Assembly: GCF_006345805.1 (NCBI RefSeq)
Contig: NC_043019.1
Coordinates: forward strand, 11,345,360 to 11,409,359
Length of the DNA: 64,000 bases
DNA from: Octopus sinensis
Taxonomy: Eukaryota
Direction of reading: 5' to 3'
Shown here: positions 1 through 13,941 of the stretch, one piece after another
How the letters are laid out: each line of letters starts with the position of its first letter
Numbering within the stretch: the stretch's first letter is position 1
The notes under the pieces: model-generated
Seen by the model: only the letters and a program-made list of their open reading frames with translations
Databases searched by the model: none
What the model was told of the DNA's origin: nothing
Position numbers and translations under genes: made by a program

Positions 1-2
1 TG

Positions 3-448
3 CAGCCCAGGGACCAACGAGTGATTTCTAATTTTAAGAAATTGTACACCGAACACCTGTTTCGTCAGGGGTTTGTAGTCATTGAAAATACAAATCTAAG
101 CCTTCGTGAGTTTTGGAAGGAGCACTACAACATTGTTTACTGCCTGTAAATCATCGATATGGCCCAGCAGGGTGTAACGAGGAGAACACTGGATTCTGCA
201 AGGAAGAAACTGTGGCCTTATTGCGTATCTGAAATCAAGGGGTTTGAGTCTGAGATAGCTATAGTCGAGGAGATAGCGTCTCTTGGCAAGTCCACGGACC
301 TGGAGGTTGATGATGGGGACATTAACAATTTCGTTGAGGAAACACTCAGAGGAGCTGACGACGGCTGAACTCCTGCAGATTCAGGAGCAGCAGCGTTTGG
401 ATGCGACGGAAGAGATTGGTACCCCAGAGGAGGACAGTGTAGCAGAGA
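3..448 (+). pseudogene. pogo/Tigger transposase remnant (C-terminal DDE region)
   Basis: Hand translation QPRDQRVISNFKKLYTEHLFR...LREFWKEHYNI...RRTLDSARKKLWP...IVEEIASLGKSTDLEVD...ELTTAEL, with a stop and a frameshift. Truncated by a SINE at 449. Confidence 0.85.
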
Positions 449-1030
449 AAGGCGGCGAGCTGGCAGAAACGTTAGCACACCGGGCGAAATGTATTTCGTT
501 TGCCATTACATTCTGAGTTCAAATTCCGCCGAGGTCGACTTTGTCTTTCATCCTTTCGGGATCGATAAATTAAATGCCAGTTATGCACTGGAGTCGATCT
601 AATCGACTTAATCCTTTTGTCTGTCTTTGTTTGTCCCCTCTGTGTTTAGCCCCTTGTGGGTAATAAAGAAATAAGAAACGTTAACATGCCTGTGAAATGC
701 TCAACGGTATTTCGCCGGGGTCGACTTTGCCTTTCATCCTCTCGGGGTCGATAAATAAAGTACCAGTTACACACTGGGGTCGATGTAATCGACTTAATAC
801 CTATGTCTGTCCTTGTTTGTCCCCTCTGTGTGTAGCCCCTTGTGGGTAATAAAGAAATAGGTATTTCGTCTGTCTTCACGTTCTGTGTTCAAATTCCGTT
901 GAGGTTGACTTTGCCTTTCATCCTTTCGAGGTTGATAAATTAAGTACCAGTTGTGTACTGAGGTCAATCTAATCGACTGGCCCTCCTCCCCACAAATTTC
1001 CGGCCTTGTGCCTAGAGTAGAAAAGAATAA
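449..1030 (+). mobile_element. SINE family A (tRNA head plus Deu/Nin-like CTTTCATCCTTTCGGGGTCGATAAATTAAGTACCAG domain), head-to-tail trimer
   Basis: A/B-box head GGCGGCGAGCTGGCAG...GAGTTCAAATTCC. Other copies: 2526-3145(-), 37652-37820, 40257-40486, 52265-52483, 52732-53150, 53896-54115, 62200-62590, 63493-64000. Confidence 0.85.
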
Positions 1031-1370
1031 AACCAGTTTACATATTTCTTTTGTTGCATTCTCTTTTATATAACTGTCATTTTACTTGTAACTACACATT
1101 TTCTATTTTAAAACCCATAAAAAATTATTTTCGGTTGGTTTTTGATGGCTGGAACGGATTAATTATATTTTAGTTAATTTCAATGAGGAAAATAGATTTG
1201 TAAAATGAGTAAATCGTAAAACGAACTCGGTCATGGAATGAATTGAACTCGTACTGCGAGGTATCACTCTGTGTGTGTATAGTTGAAATTTATAGAAAAA
1301 CAAAAGGTGAAGACAGGTGTATGAACAATAAACAGGTGTATTAGTTTGACGCTCGGGAAAATGAAAAAGT

Positions 1371-1406
1371 CTTTTACGTTTCGAGCCTACGCCCTTCATC
1401 AGAAAG
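1371..1406 (-). ncRNA. Minimal type-I hammerhead ribozyme motif, canonical core
   Basis: Minus strand reads CTTT CTGATGA A GGGC-GTAG-GCTC GAAA C G T A AAAG: stem I CTTT/AAAG, stem II, palindromic ACGT stem III, GUA triplet. Confidence 0.8.
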
Positions 1407-1449
1407 GTATAAGAGAAAGTAAGCAGAAAATGAAAAAACACATGTTGCG

Positions 1450-1559
<110 letters not shown>

Positions 1560-4500
1560 ATTCGATTCAGAGCCATAGAACTTAAGTCTCATTAACTTGT
1601 AGACAACAGGCCTGACATCTAGAGAGAGAATGACTGGGTATGAGATAAATTCAAGATGGACAGATCCAGAGCCTTTTGTGGAAGCTTTTGACCGCTTCTT
1701 AGGACCAACTGACCCATGTTTGACCACTGTTGGCGTAGAACCCTTCTCCACTTTGATCTTCGAAAGGCATGGCTGTGCGGCCAGAAGCTTGCTTCCCAAC
1801 CACATGGTTCTAGGTTCAGTCCCACTGTGTGGCACCTTGGGCAAGTGTTTTCTACTATAGCGTGAGTCCAACCAGATCCTTGTGAGTGGATTTGATAGAT
1901 GGAAACTGAAACAAGGATTAGGGTTAGGGTCGTGTGTGTGTGTCTTTATGCCTGTGTTTATCTCCACTCCACCGCTTGACAACCGGTGTTGGTGTGTTTA
2001 CGTCCCCGTAATCTAGCGATTCGGCAAAAGAGACTGATAGAATAAGTACTAGGCTTAACAAATAAGTACTGAAGTCTATTTGTTTGACTAAACCCTTCGA
2101 GGCGGTGCCCCAGCATGGCTGCAGTCTAATGTCTGAAACAAGTAAAAGTAAAAGATAAAAAGGTGTGTGTGTGCTTGTTTGTCAACCACCTCCAATACTT
2201 GTTGGTTTGTTTACATTCCTGTAAATTAGCGATTCGGCAAAAGAAAGTAATGGAATAACATACCAAACTTTAAAAAATAAATAATAAGTACCCTTCAAGG
2301 CGATGCCCCTGCATGGCCACAGTCTAATGACTGAAACAAAAGAATATAAAAGATATACGGGGTCAGGGTGCTGAAAAGTCCCTGGCTTTGGGCAAAGGAA
2401 AATACCGGAGGATCAGTTAATTATGGTTTTATTCCAGATAGTCCCCTCTCAGATTCACACTTAGTGCAGCGGTCCTTCGGTTTTTCTAAACCCTGTAAAA
2501 GAACATCTTTCGCGACACCCTTAATACCTATTTCTTTATTACCCTCAAGGAGCTAAACACAGAGGGGACAAACAAGGACAGACATAGGTATTAAGTCGAT
2601 TACATCGACCCCAGTGCGTAACTGGTACTTAATTTATCGACCCCGAAAGGATGAAAGGCAAAGTCGACCTCGGCGGAATTTGAACTCACAACGTAACGCA
2701 GACGAAATACCTATTTCTTTACTACCCACAAGGGGCTAAACACAGAGAGGAGACAAACAAGGACAGACAAACGGATTGAGTCGATTATATCGACCCCAGT
2801 GCGTAACTGGTACTTATTTAATCGACCCCGAAAGGATGAAAGGCAAAGTCGACCTCGGCGGAATTTGAACTCAGAACGTAACGGCAGACGAAATACCGCT
2901 GAGCATTTTGCCCGGCGTGCTAACGTTTCTGCCAGCTCGCCGCCTTAATACCAGGAACTTAATACCTATTTCTTTATTACCCACAAGGGCCTAAACACAG
3001 AGGGGACAAACAAGGACAGACAAACGGATTAAGTCGATTACATCGAGACCAGTGCGTAACTGGTACTTAATTTATCGATCCCGAAAGGATGAAAGGCAAA
3101 GTCGACCTCGGCGGAATTTGAACTCAGAACGTAACGGCAGACCAGCTCGACACCCTTAATACCAGGAACTTTTCAGCACCCCTTTGTATAAAAATAAAAA
3201 AGAAAATCTACTTCCGTAATGGAAGGAAAGTTGTGTGTGTGTTAAATGGAAGGAAGATGTTTGTTATGAAAAGTTTGCCTTTGTTGTTGAGTAGCTGGAC
3301 ACTAAAAAGAAACAAAAATGTTGAAAAATATATGTGCAGGAAAAGTTGCAGGAGAGAGATAAGAGAAAGTTGACTAAACCAGAAAAATTTACATTGGAAG
3401 ACAAAGACAAACAATGTGTACAAATACACACACACACTTTCGCTATTACCCTCCGTCTGTCTCCTACCCACTCTCTCTCTCTTTTTCACACGCACAATTT
3501 TAATGTTACCCTTCAGGGCTCAACAAGTAAACACAGTCAGTCATGAATATATATAGATACACAAACACTTGCTCCTACTCAAGTTCTTTACATGTAACTA
3601 ATTGTACCCTTGCAGTTCAACCACCACCACCACCACCACCAGATCCACACTCTCACACCTACACACACACACAATGGCTCATACAATGGGTGTGTGTGCG
3701 TAAAATATCCCCCCTTGGGGCTTAATACATACGCTCCACATACATATATACATATATGTATACAAACGCACCAACACCATACGCACCAACACACACACAC
3801 ATGCAATGTATAGTGTAGTGAGCCCCTCACAAACACCTTATTACCAAACACTCAAGAACGCATTGCTCCCTTGACACACACACACACACACACAATGAGG
3901 GAGATTTGGTTGCTATTTCTAGCAGACCAGGTCAGGCGACCCATATGTTTACAGTGTGGTGGTGGTGGTGGTGGTGGTGGTGGTCATTGTCCAGTTCAGT
4001 AGTTCTCAACTTTATTTTTTTTTATATCTCTAGAGCCCTTTGGTTACTATTTTATTCCGAAGGACCCCATAGCCATTCGGCGTTTAAAAACTAGTTTTAT
4101 AGATACTTCTTTCAAAATCCCTATTTTGTTCTACACAAATTTAATTCGTGTAGATTGAACCCTGTAAAATGTTAGGGAGAGAAACCCAAGCCGTTTCTTG
4201 CAACACACACAATGCCAATACATACATACATCTAAAGCAGCACTTTTTCAGGGAGCCCTTAAAATACTTTTTGTGGACCTCCCCAAAAAATCTTACATTG
4301 ACCCTCAGGGGCCATATGTACCCCGGTTGAAAACCATCGGTGCAGACGCCCCCGGCCAACGGGATGGCTTCCACCATTACCCTTTTCTTAAACGTGTGCC
4401 ACCTCACTTCCTCCTCTATCCACCGTTTTTATATAATAAATGTCTATATTAAAATATAATTAGAAGATTGAGACCTACCAGTCCTTTCCCCTAGCAGATG

Positions 4501-4929
4501 AATTAACCTCACACCCCTCATCCCTACCGTCTAAGATGAGTCAAGGCTCTCCCCCCCCTCTCCTCTTTTAATTATTTCTGTATATGGCACACATTCAGTG
4601 TGTATTTTATATGAAGACATTACTTTTTAGTGTCTGTGGGTGTTGTCCTGAATGTGTGTATAAACATTTGTTGGGTTCATGTATGTGAGTAAGGGGGTAC
4701 ACTGTATGCGTATGAAAAAGAGAGTATGTGTGTGTGTATATGAGTGAGTGAAAGATCGCATGTGTGTGTGTGTGTAACAGATTATAGGTTTGTGTGTGAA
4801 TGTGAGTGTGTATATGAGTGACAGATAGTGTGTCTCTGTGTGTCTGTGTGTGTAGTATGACGTAAACTAGTTTCTATATATTTATATATGTAAAACGAAA
4901 AAAAAAAAATGTAAATATTTTGAAAGCGA

Positions 4930-5186
4930 TACAGTCCTGATGTGGGGATAATTTGGTCGCAGTAGCAGCTCACCACCACGGGACCATAGGACCATAGCAC
5001 AACACCACCATACAAAACTGTATCGAATTACACATTTGTCACTGGCCCACACCACCCGACAATCATTGAAATAAACATTATTAATACAAGAGTTCTGAAC
5101 TTCATCATTGCACAATATAACTTCACCAGTGGACAAGATTCGTTGCACATCTGATCACAACACGACACTTATGCCTCAATATCGAG
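4930..5186 (+). other. Candidate 5' UTR/first exon ending at a strong donor GAG|gtaagt
   Basis: Island of unique sequence with a consensus donor at 5187. The start coordinate is only approximate. Confidence 0.2.
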
Positions 5187-7679
5187 GTAAGTCGGTATCA
5201 GTGCAGCTCGGGGCTTCGTTTGTGCGTCATATAACACCACCACAGCACATCGTTGGACTGTACCAACCTGTTCCATGACTACAGCATTCATTCTACAGCA
5301 CATGGTCGAAGTTAAGTCGTCTAACACCAACCAGTTACAGATTTCTATCAATGGTCACCGTTGCACCAACTGACCAATAAATTATCGATCATCAATAAAT
5401 AAGTGATCGATGCCATTCCGATTGCAGACCAGGTCAGTTCCTCCGAAAAGTTCTTTATTTCTTTAATTCAGGTTGATGCTTTTTTTTTTATTATTTCTTT
5501 TCCTGTTTAACCCTAGGTCAAAATAGACCTCTAATCAAAAACAGCCCAATCATGGCCATCTCCTTTTTTAAGGGCTCTAGCTACAGCTATGTTATCCAAT
5601 ATTTGCCCCCCTCCCTAAGGCGTGATTTTAAGGCTACGTGGCTGCTATTTTTAGCATTTCGGGTAACCTCGTCGTGGCTTCTTTGTTATTGTTGATGTTA
5701 GCGTCATTGTGCGTTCATTGTTAGTGTTGACGCAGGCATAAGTACAGTTTCGTGCCTCGCGATTTTTCTTTTCTATTAACTCACTGACGAATTGATATTT
5801 TGTAATGAAATTTTGCAGGTACTGTTCCGAAGGTATAGCTTATATCAATAACATTAAAGAAAAAAAATAGGATCTTCTCATATATTATTTTAAAAAAAGT
5901 TTCGCATCATCTCGCTCCACACTTAATTTTGTTTCCTCATAACGTTCTTTATATATAATACGTATTTTAAAGTAAGATTTTTGCAGAAATACATTTTCGA
6001 GAATGTAGATTACGCAATGTGGATGTTTCAAACATATGAATCTGAAAGGGGGGACATGGTAAAGTTACGGAAATTTGCGGAAATAAAGTAAATGAATTGA
6101 AGGAAGGAAATGAAACTCCCCCAGAAAAATTTTTTTCAGGAATTTCATCAACATAATTATAACTTTCACAATCGAAAACGTATCTCTATAAAATTTCGTT
6201 AGAAATAATACATTTTTCAGAAAGATACGGAGATTGTATTCTGGGGCTCTATTCTGTAGTTAAGCCATGTAGCATTTTTTTTTCTTTTTTTAATTCCTTG
6301 ATCGGTCTTTGAGTAGACCTATGATTAATGGCATTCCAACCATGGTTATCTCAGCGTCGTTGGAATATATCGAGGGTTTCGTTATCTAATAGTTTCTCTT
6401 TTTTTTTTCTCTACTTTAGTAGGGCGTGATTTGAGGGAGAACTGACTGCTATTTTTAGCATTTCTAGCAACCACAGAGAGGTTTCTTTGTTGTTGATGTT
6501 GACGTCGTAGTTGCGTTCTTTGTGGCTTTTGTCGCATTGGTTTTTTGGTTGCTGTTTAACCCTAGGTCGAATCCTCGACAGGCATAACTATAAACGTGTG
6601 GCCCCACTTCCCTCCATCTTTATTTCTTCCTAACTTTCTGAAAAGAAGATATTTACCGATATTTTAAAATAAAATTTACAATAAATCTGATACAGATGGC
6701 GTAGAATTTCAATTATATCGGAATTTGCTGTATAAAAAAAACAACAACAAAATAATACATAGGAGGGGAAGGATAATTTATACCTATTCAAAGGGCATGA
6801 GGAAACAAAATCGAACTTTGGGAATTATCTGACCCCTACCCTAATTTTTTTTTTTCCAAATTCTGACAGAATCTGAAACTTATTTGTAGAAAATTATTAC
6901 TCTTTTACTCTTTTACTTGTGTCAGTCATTTGACTGTGGCCATGCTGGAGCACCGCCTTTAGTCGAGCAAATCGAACCCAGGAAGCCTAGTACTTATTCT
7001 ATTGGTCTCTTTTGCCGAACCGCTAAGTTACGGGGACGTAAACACACCACCATCGGTTGTCAAGCGATGGTGAGGGGACAAACATAGACACACACATACA
7101 TACATACGACGGGCTTCTTTCAGTTTCCGCCTACCAAATCCACTCACAAGGCTTTGGTCGGCCCAAGGCTATAGTAGAAGACACTTGCCCAAGGTGCCAC
7201 ACAGTGGGAATGAACCCGGAACCATGTGGTTGGTAAGCAAGCTACTTACCACACAGCCACTCCTGCGCTGTGTGTTTTTGTGTTTGTCCCCCACCACTGC
7301 ATGACAACCGCTGTTATTTTATTTATGTCCCCATAACTTAACAGTTCGGCAAAAGAAGCCGATAAATGTCCTGAGGTTGACTAAAACCTTTCAAGGTGGT
7401 AGGTACAGTTCTATATTTAAGAGATGAAGAATTATGTACATTATTTACATTTGACAGATATTTGTCCTAATACATATATATATACATATATACGACGGGC
7501 TTCTTTCAGTTTCCGCCTACCAAATCCACTCACAAGGCTTTGGTGGGCCCGAGGCTATAGTAGAAGACACTTGACCAAGGTGCCACACAGTGGGAATGAA
7601 CCCAGAACCATGTGGTTGGTAAGCAAGCTACTTACCACACAGCCACTCCTACGCCTATATTTCAACCTATTTATCATAT

Positions 7680-8230
7680 AAGATACCTGTGCATTAAACA
7701 GTGTGCTATTTAATGTTATTTGTTATTGAGGTGAAAAATCCCAGGTAGGACTACAATAGTCCATGACCTAATGTATTGTTCAGGTAATATTGTGTTAAAC
7801 ACTGTGTTGTTTAATGTTATTCGTTATTGAAGCAGATAAACCCACCTAGGACTACAATACCTATTATGTAATGTATTGTTCCTACAGCATTGTGGTTGTT
7901 TCTACCTGTTTATCATATAAGATACCTGTGTCGATGTTCTTCGTTACTGAGGTGGGAAAATCCAGGTAGGACTGCAATAGCCATGATGTAATATATTGTT
8001 CCCACAATATTTTGATTATTTTTTCCTACTTATTATCAGATAAGATACCTGTGTATCAATGTTCTTCATTACTGAGGTGGGAAAATCCAGGTAGGACTGC
8101 AATAGCCATGATGTAATACATTGTTCACACAACATAGTGTTTATTCCTACCCGTTTATCAAATAAGATACCTGTGTGTCAAACAGTATGTTGTTTAATGT
8201 TCTTTGTTATTGAGGTGGAAAAATCCAGGT
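7680..8230. repeat. Degenerate tandem repeat, unit about 115 bp, about 5 copies
   Basis: Recurring TTTATCATATAAGATACCTGTG...CCAGGTAGGACT.CAATAG. Confidence 0.8.
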
Positions 8231-8689
8231 GGTGCTGCTATGGTCCAATTATTTAACTAAATCTTCGGAGGTGGTGCCCCAGCATGGCAGCAGTTCTCTG
8301 ACTGAAATAAGTCGAAAATAAATGATGAAAAATAGTGAATGTTTCAACATATAGGCACAGGCATGGCTGTGTGGTAAAAAGTTTGCTTCTCAACCACATG
8401 GTTCAGGGTTCAGTCCCATCATAGGGCACCTCGGGCCAACCAAAACCTTGTGATTGGATTTCATAGACGGAAACTGAAAGAAGCCCATTGTGTGTGTGTG
8501 TATATATATATATATAGACAGATAGATAGATAGTTAGATATTGATAGGCAGATGATATATAGGTATATATATCTAGTATATATAAATCGCAGTATGTGTG
8601 TATGTAATGACTAATGCATATATTTCCACAATTCTCAACTGATTTTCACCAAACTTTACACACACATTACTTATGTCCCAAGGATGGTC

Positions 8690-9150
8690 ATGCACTGTAA
8701 CTTTTTGCCAAGAACTCCTGCATAAATGGTCCTGTAGACTGTTGAAAAGAGCTGCCACTGCTAGAGCAGCTACTACTCCAGAGCAGCATAAAACCTATCG
8801 AGAGAATCCAGTGACCTATGCTGCTCAAATGGAAAGGTTCACTTGCCTGACCTGCAAAACACTCCTCAGCCTTTCCTCTCTTTATTCCTGATTCGCAGCA
8901 ATTTATACAGAAAATTCACGCCTATGACACTGCCTTTAAGATGACAAGTTTCAGTCACAAATCCATCCATGAAGACTCCTGTATGCCAGCATTCAAAATT
9001 CGGAGCCAAACCTATCATTGGATAGGCTCTGTTCTTCCTGTCAACAATGCTGAACACTGATTCCTTCAAATTTACTTCATGGGAGATACCATTGAGCAAA
9101 AGGGTTGCTGAGCTCAGGTGGCACCTGGAACAAAGTGAAAAAGATACCAC
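8690..9150 (+). pseudogene. Helitron Rep N-terminal remnant
   Basis: Frame from 8899 reads QFIQKIHAYDTAFKMTSF...MPAFKIRSQTYHWIGSVLP...*FLQIYFMGD, resembling the Helitron motif NIRxYNSxFxMTSF...QxYHxIGSLLP...FLQIYF. Confidence 0.75.
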
Positions 9151-9635
9151 TAAAGCAACTTAAACCATCCAAAAGATGGGTGTATTTGCTAGTGTATGTG
9201 TATATATATATATATATATAAGAATTTTTTGCGTAATAAGATTAAAAACCAAGGCTGTTTAGATATTAGAGCATTTATAGAGCATTTTTTTATCTTATTA
9301 CACAAAAACTTCTTATATACACACGCTGACATAGAACCAACGTTGAACCCCATATTCGCACAATTACCGAATCTGGAACTTAACTATGGTCTGTCTATAG
9401 CACTTATTCAGCATTACCTGACACCTTTGGGTCTCAATGACACCATTATCTCTTATATATATATATATATATATACCGGAGTAAACACATAAATGTGAAA
9501 CAAGGTGGAAAAAATAGTACTCAAATACCAGTGGTAGAGTAATATGCTTTATTTGAAGCAGCAGAAAATTCAACAAAACCTGTTACTCTGAGTTTCACGT
9601 TCCCGTTTGTCGGACAGTTTTTGCTAGAAAAAAAA

Positions 9636-9673
9636 CTGTCTGACGAATGGGAACATGAAACTCAGAGTTACAG
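9636..9673 (+). ncRNA. Minimal hammerhead motif, canonical core, in the right arm of a fold-back
   Basis: CTGT CTGACGA ATG-GGAA-CAT GAAA CTC-A-GAG T T ACAG. Mirror copy on the minus strand at 9580-9617 has the mutated core CCGACAA. Confidence 0.75.
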
Positions 9674-9705
9674 GTTTTGTTGAATTTTCTGCTGCTTCAA
9701 ATACA

Positions 9706-9741
<36 letters not shown>

Positions 9742-9966
9742 AGAGAGAGAGAGAGAGAGAGGGGGCGATAGATAGATAGATAGATAGATACACACACACA
9801 CACATATATATCTATATGTATGCACGAGCCTGGCTGTGTGGTAAGAAGTTTGCTTCCCAACCATATGGTTCAGGGTTCAGTCTTACTGTGTGGTATGTTG
9901 GGCCAATCAAATCTTTGTAAATGGATTTTGGTAAACAGACACTGAAATAAGCTTGTTGTATACATG

Positions 9967-10001
<35 letters not shown>

Positions 10002-10483
10002 ATGTGTATCTATCTTTGTGTTTGTACTCTGCCACTATGTGACAACCAGTGTTCATGTGTTTACGGCCCCGTGACTTAGTTTGGTAAAAGGGACCAATAA
10101 AATAAGTATGAGGCTTTTAAAGTAAAAAAAAAAGTACCGGGGTCTGTACATTTGGCTAAAAAAATTCCTCGTGTTGGTGCCCCAGCATGGCCACAGTCTA
10201 ATGACTAAAGCAAGTAAAACATAAATGACAGAAGATAATTGGTCCATCGCAACAATCGAAGCATCATGGGAAGTCACTAGAATGTTTAGATTGGGTGTAA
10301 GCTGTCGATGGTTAAGAATGTTGGCGCCCATCGTCCCTCATCTCTAAATGATTGCTATGAATATCACTTCAACCACATAAACCGTTACCAGATGACCTAA
10401 TGAACATCGTTCATGCGTAACGTTCGTGATTCCTGTCACAACACACCTCTGAACGGTTGCTATTAATGTCAGTGCACTTACAT

Positions 10484-10632
10484 GTATCCGATAACCTGAT
10501 CATTCAGAATAATAATAATAATAATAATAATGATATTAATAATAAAGATAATAATAATAATGTATCCGATAACCTGATCATTCGGAATAATAATAATAAT
10601 AATAATAATGTATCCGATAACCTGATCATTCG

Positions 10633-10665
<33 letters not shown>

Positions 10666-10716
10666 TATTAATAATAAAGATAATAATAATAATGTATCCG
10701 ATAACCTGATCATTCG

Positions 10717-10751
<35 letters not shown>

Positions 10752-10773
10752 TATCCGATAACCTGATCATTCG

Positions 10774-10812
<39 letters not shown>

Positions 10813-10863
10813 TATTAATAATAAAGATAATAATAATAATGTATCCGATAACCTGATCATTCG

Positions 10864-10896
<33 letters not shown>

Positions 10897-10992
10897 TATT
10901 AATAATAAAGATAATAATAATAATGTATCCGATAACCTGATCATTCGGAATAATAATAATAATAATAATGTATCCGATAACCTGATCATTCG

Positions 10993-11028
<36 letters not shown>

Positions 11029-11079
11029 TATTAATAATAAAGATAATAATAATAATGTATCCGATAACCTGATCATTCG

Positions 11080-11114
<35 letters not shown>

Positions 11115-11136
11115 TATCCGATAACCTGATCATTCG

Positions 11137-11169
<33 letters not shown>

Positions 11170-11434
11170 TATTAATAATAAAGATAATAATAATAATGTA
11201 TCCGATAACCTGATCATTCGGAATAATAATAATAATAATGTATCCGATAACCTGATCATTCGGAATAATAATGATAATAATAATAAAGATAATAATAATA
11301 ATGTATCCGATAACCTGATCATTCGGAATAATAATAATAATAATGTATCCGATAACCTGATCATTCGGAATAATAATAGTAATAATAATAATGTATCCGA
11401 TAACCTGATCATTCGGAATAATAATAATAATAAT
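10484..11434. repeat. Compound minisatellite: 15 x GTATCCGATAACCTGATCATTCGG separated by variable (AAT)n with or without GATATTAATAATAAAGAT; a 16th core at 11681
   Basis: Direct reading of the sequence. Confidence 0.95.
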
Positions 11435-11662
11435 AGTGCAAAAATTCGTGTTAACTGGAACGGCTCATGTAGTGAGAAGAGCATTATCGCTGTGAAAACA
11501 CCATCCATTCATGAATTTATTTATTCATTAGTTTTTTAAATACCTATTTTACCTTTGAATTTGCGTGTGTAATCTGAGAATGCATACAATGAGCTTCTCT
11601 GCCCTAGGTGTACGGAAGACACCCAGCGAGAAACGGAAGAAAATTTGAAGAAAGAAGGAAAA
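11435..11662 (+). mobile_element. 5'-truncated Dong/R4-type non-LTR retrotransposon 3' end
   Basis: VQKFVLTGTAHVVRRALSL* followed by a 3' UTR similar to 23100-23180, flanked by (AAT)n. Confidence 0.75.
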
Positions 11663-12276
11663 ATAATAATAATTATATTGTATCCGATAACCTGATCATT
11701 CAGAATAATAATAATAATAACAAATGCCCTGGTGCAGTACCAAGCAGTGGCTCTTACGGCTTCTGATCTTAACTGATTGAAAGTGTTATCATGTACATTG
11801 TTTTGTCTTGGTATAAAAGATGGGCTACAGCAAATATTCTGCTCAATACCACAGATTTGCTTGTCAGTTGTTTGACCTTAACCAGTTGAGCATGTCCCTT
11901 AGTGGCTGACAATTTGTGCATCTCTGATCACGAGCAGAAGTAATGGGGCACATCATAGCCATGTGTTGAAAGGAATTCTTGAAGGTTTCGATAATTCACC
12001 TTTGGAAACATGGGTGGTTCGTTCAACATCCTTAAACAATCCTCATTTGGGGACCTTTTGAGCGGGATGGGCTACTCGACCAGAAGAAAATTCTAACTGG
12101 GCCCCACCTGCAAGGTCATGGGCTGTTTATCTTGATATGAGATCACCATGTCACGCACATATGGTTGTGATGCATGTGTCTAGTGTACCCTTATCAGACG
12201 GGTAGTCATGATGAGTATATTGGGTTTCGTATATTTTACCCCAGGGTCACTTTGATAGCATGCACTGCTCTCTCAC

Positions 12277-12310
<34 letters not shown>

Positions 12311-12808
12311 TAATAATGGTTTCAAATTTGCCACAAGGGCAGCAATTTGGGGGGAGGAGATGAGTCAATTACTTCGACCCCAGTGTTCAACTGGTACTTA
12401 TTTTATCAACCCCAAAAGGTAGAATTTGAACTCAAATAATAATAATGAAATAAACTCAACTGCTCTTACAAATGAGAATACTAAAATGAACCCGACTGCT
12501 AGGGTTAAAGGCAGGAAAAATAGGTACAAAAAAAGGTTTCACTTGAAGGTCCATGGTGTGACACGTTAAGTTTTATGACTGTTTAATTTTGTATTGGGTT
12601 GTAGGTCCTATTTTATGGATGGCTGTGGTTGGAAATTTTGATTAAGATCCAACAGCCACTTTGGTTGTAAGAGGGACCACTCCCTTGTTGAACAAACCCC
12701 CAGGAAATCAGCTGTTAACATGCTGGTTGACAGTGTCTACTTTCAGTTGCTCTCAATTAACATCCCTGATAAAGTCCATGTTGTTTCATCATTAAGGACA
12801 TTAATTAA

Positions 12809-13029
12809 CCCTTTCATTACTGTTTATATTTTGAGATGTTCTGTGTTTCTTTCAATTAATTTAAATATAACAAAGAATTTTGTAAAATAACTTAGTTATC
12901 ATTCAGCTTGTATTAGGAACGTAAACTGTGACTAAGGTTTAGTGAAAGATTTTAATTCAAAAACTTATGAAAACAAGAAATTTGTACTCAGAACCAGAGC
13001 CAGTTTCAGCCGGGTTGGTAACGAAAGGG
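12809..13029. mobile_element. piggyBac-type MITE, monomer
   Basis: TTAA|CCCTTTC...GAAAGGG|TTAA termini with TTAA target duplication. Confidence 0.75.
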
Positions 13030-13941
13030 TTAAGCACTAATGAAGGAAGTTTAATATAAGTTTTTAAAAATCCAAATCGAAATCAATCAACATCAACGGA
13101 AATTGCAGCTGTGATACCAGTGCTGGTGGTACGTAAGAGAACCATCCGAACGTGGCTGTTGCCAGGGCCGCCCCGACTGGCCTCGTGCCGGTGGCACATA
13201 AAAAGCACCATCCGATCGTGGCCGTTTGCCAGCCTCGCCTGGTCCCCGTGCCGGTGGCACGTAAAAAGCACCATCCGATTGTGGCCGTTTGCCAGCCTCG
13301 TCTGGCACGTAATAAGCACCCACTACACTCACGGAGTGGTTGGCGTTAGGAAGGACATCCAGCTGTAGAAACACTGCCAGATCAGACTGGGCCTGGTGCT
13401 GCCTCCTGGCTTCCCAGACCCCAGTTGAACCATCCAACCCATGCTAGCATGGAAAGCGGATGCTAAACGATGATGATGTTGATGGTGGGTATATTTATTA
13501 TGAGTTCAATACCCTAACCACTAGGCCAGGAATGGAAAAAGTATTGAGTAATGCCTTAAATAACAAATGCATTGAAAAATGTCATGTACGATTGTATCAT
13601 GTGAGATTGTACGCAAAGGTGAATGAGGCTGGAGCTGACTTGCCAAAATGGGTATGGTTGATGGAAGAATGAGAAAGGTTATGAGCTGAATTCTTCATGA
13701 CCCTCCTTTGGACAACGTAGTCCTTGATCTACATAAATAAGGTGCAGTCACACCCTGGGCCTTCAAGTGAAACCTACTGAAACAAAAGAATTGTGTGGAA
13801 TTAACATCCTAGTCAGTAACACACTGGTTGGCAATGTCATCTGCCTTCATTAGCGCTTAATTAACAATCCTAATGGTGAAACAAGATGGTCTTTATTAAG
13901 GATGCTAATTGAAAACTAATGAAAATAAAGCATGTCGACTA

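Noticed and set aside
5819-5832. 14-nt exon that would restore frame after the 5171 ATG (MPQYRGTVPK)
   Set aside because: The donor (gtatag) is weak and the site lies in what looks like a DNA-transposon remnant. The phase fit could be chance.
10484-11434. CRISPR array
   Set aside because: The spacers are only (AAT)n variants, the context is eukaryotic and there are no cas genes.
10457-11539. 360-aa Asn-rich ORF and the antisense 334-aa Leu-rich ORF
   Set aside because: Both are by-products of a triplet-phased minisatellite and run into a retroposon fragment in another frame. No evidence of coding.
13460-13672. 70-aa ORF
   Set aside because: It starts in a SINE tail, has no recognisable motif and no splice support.
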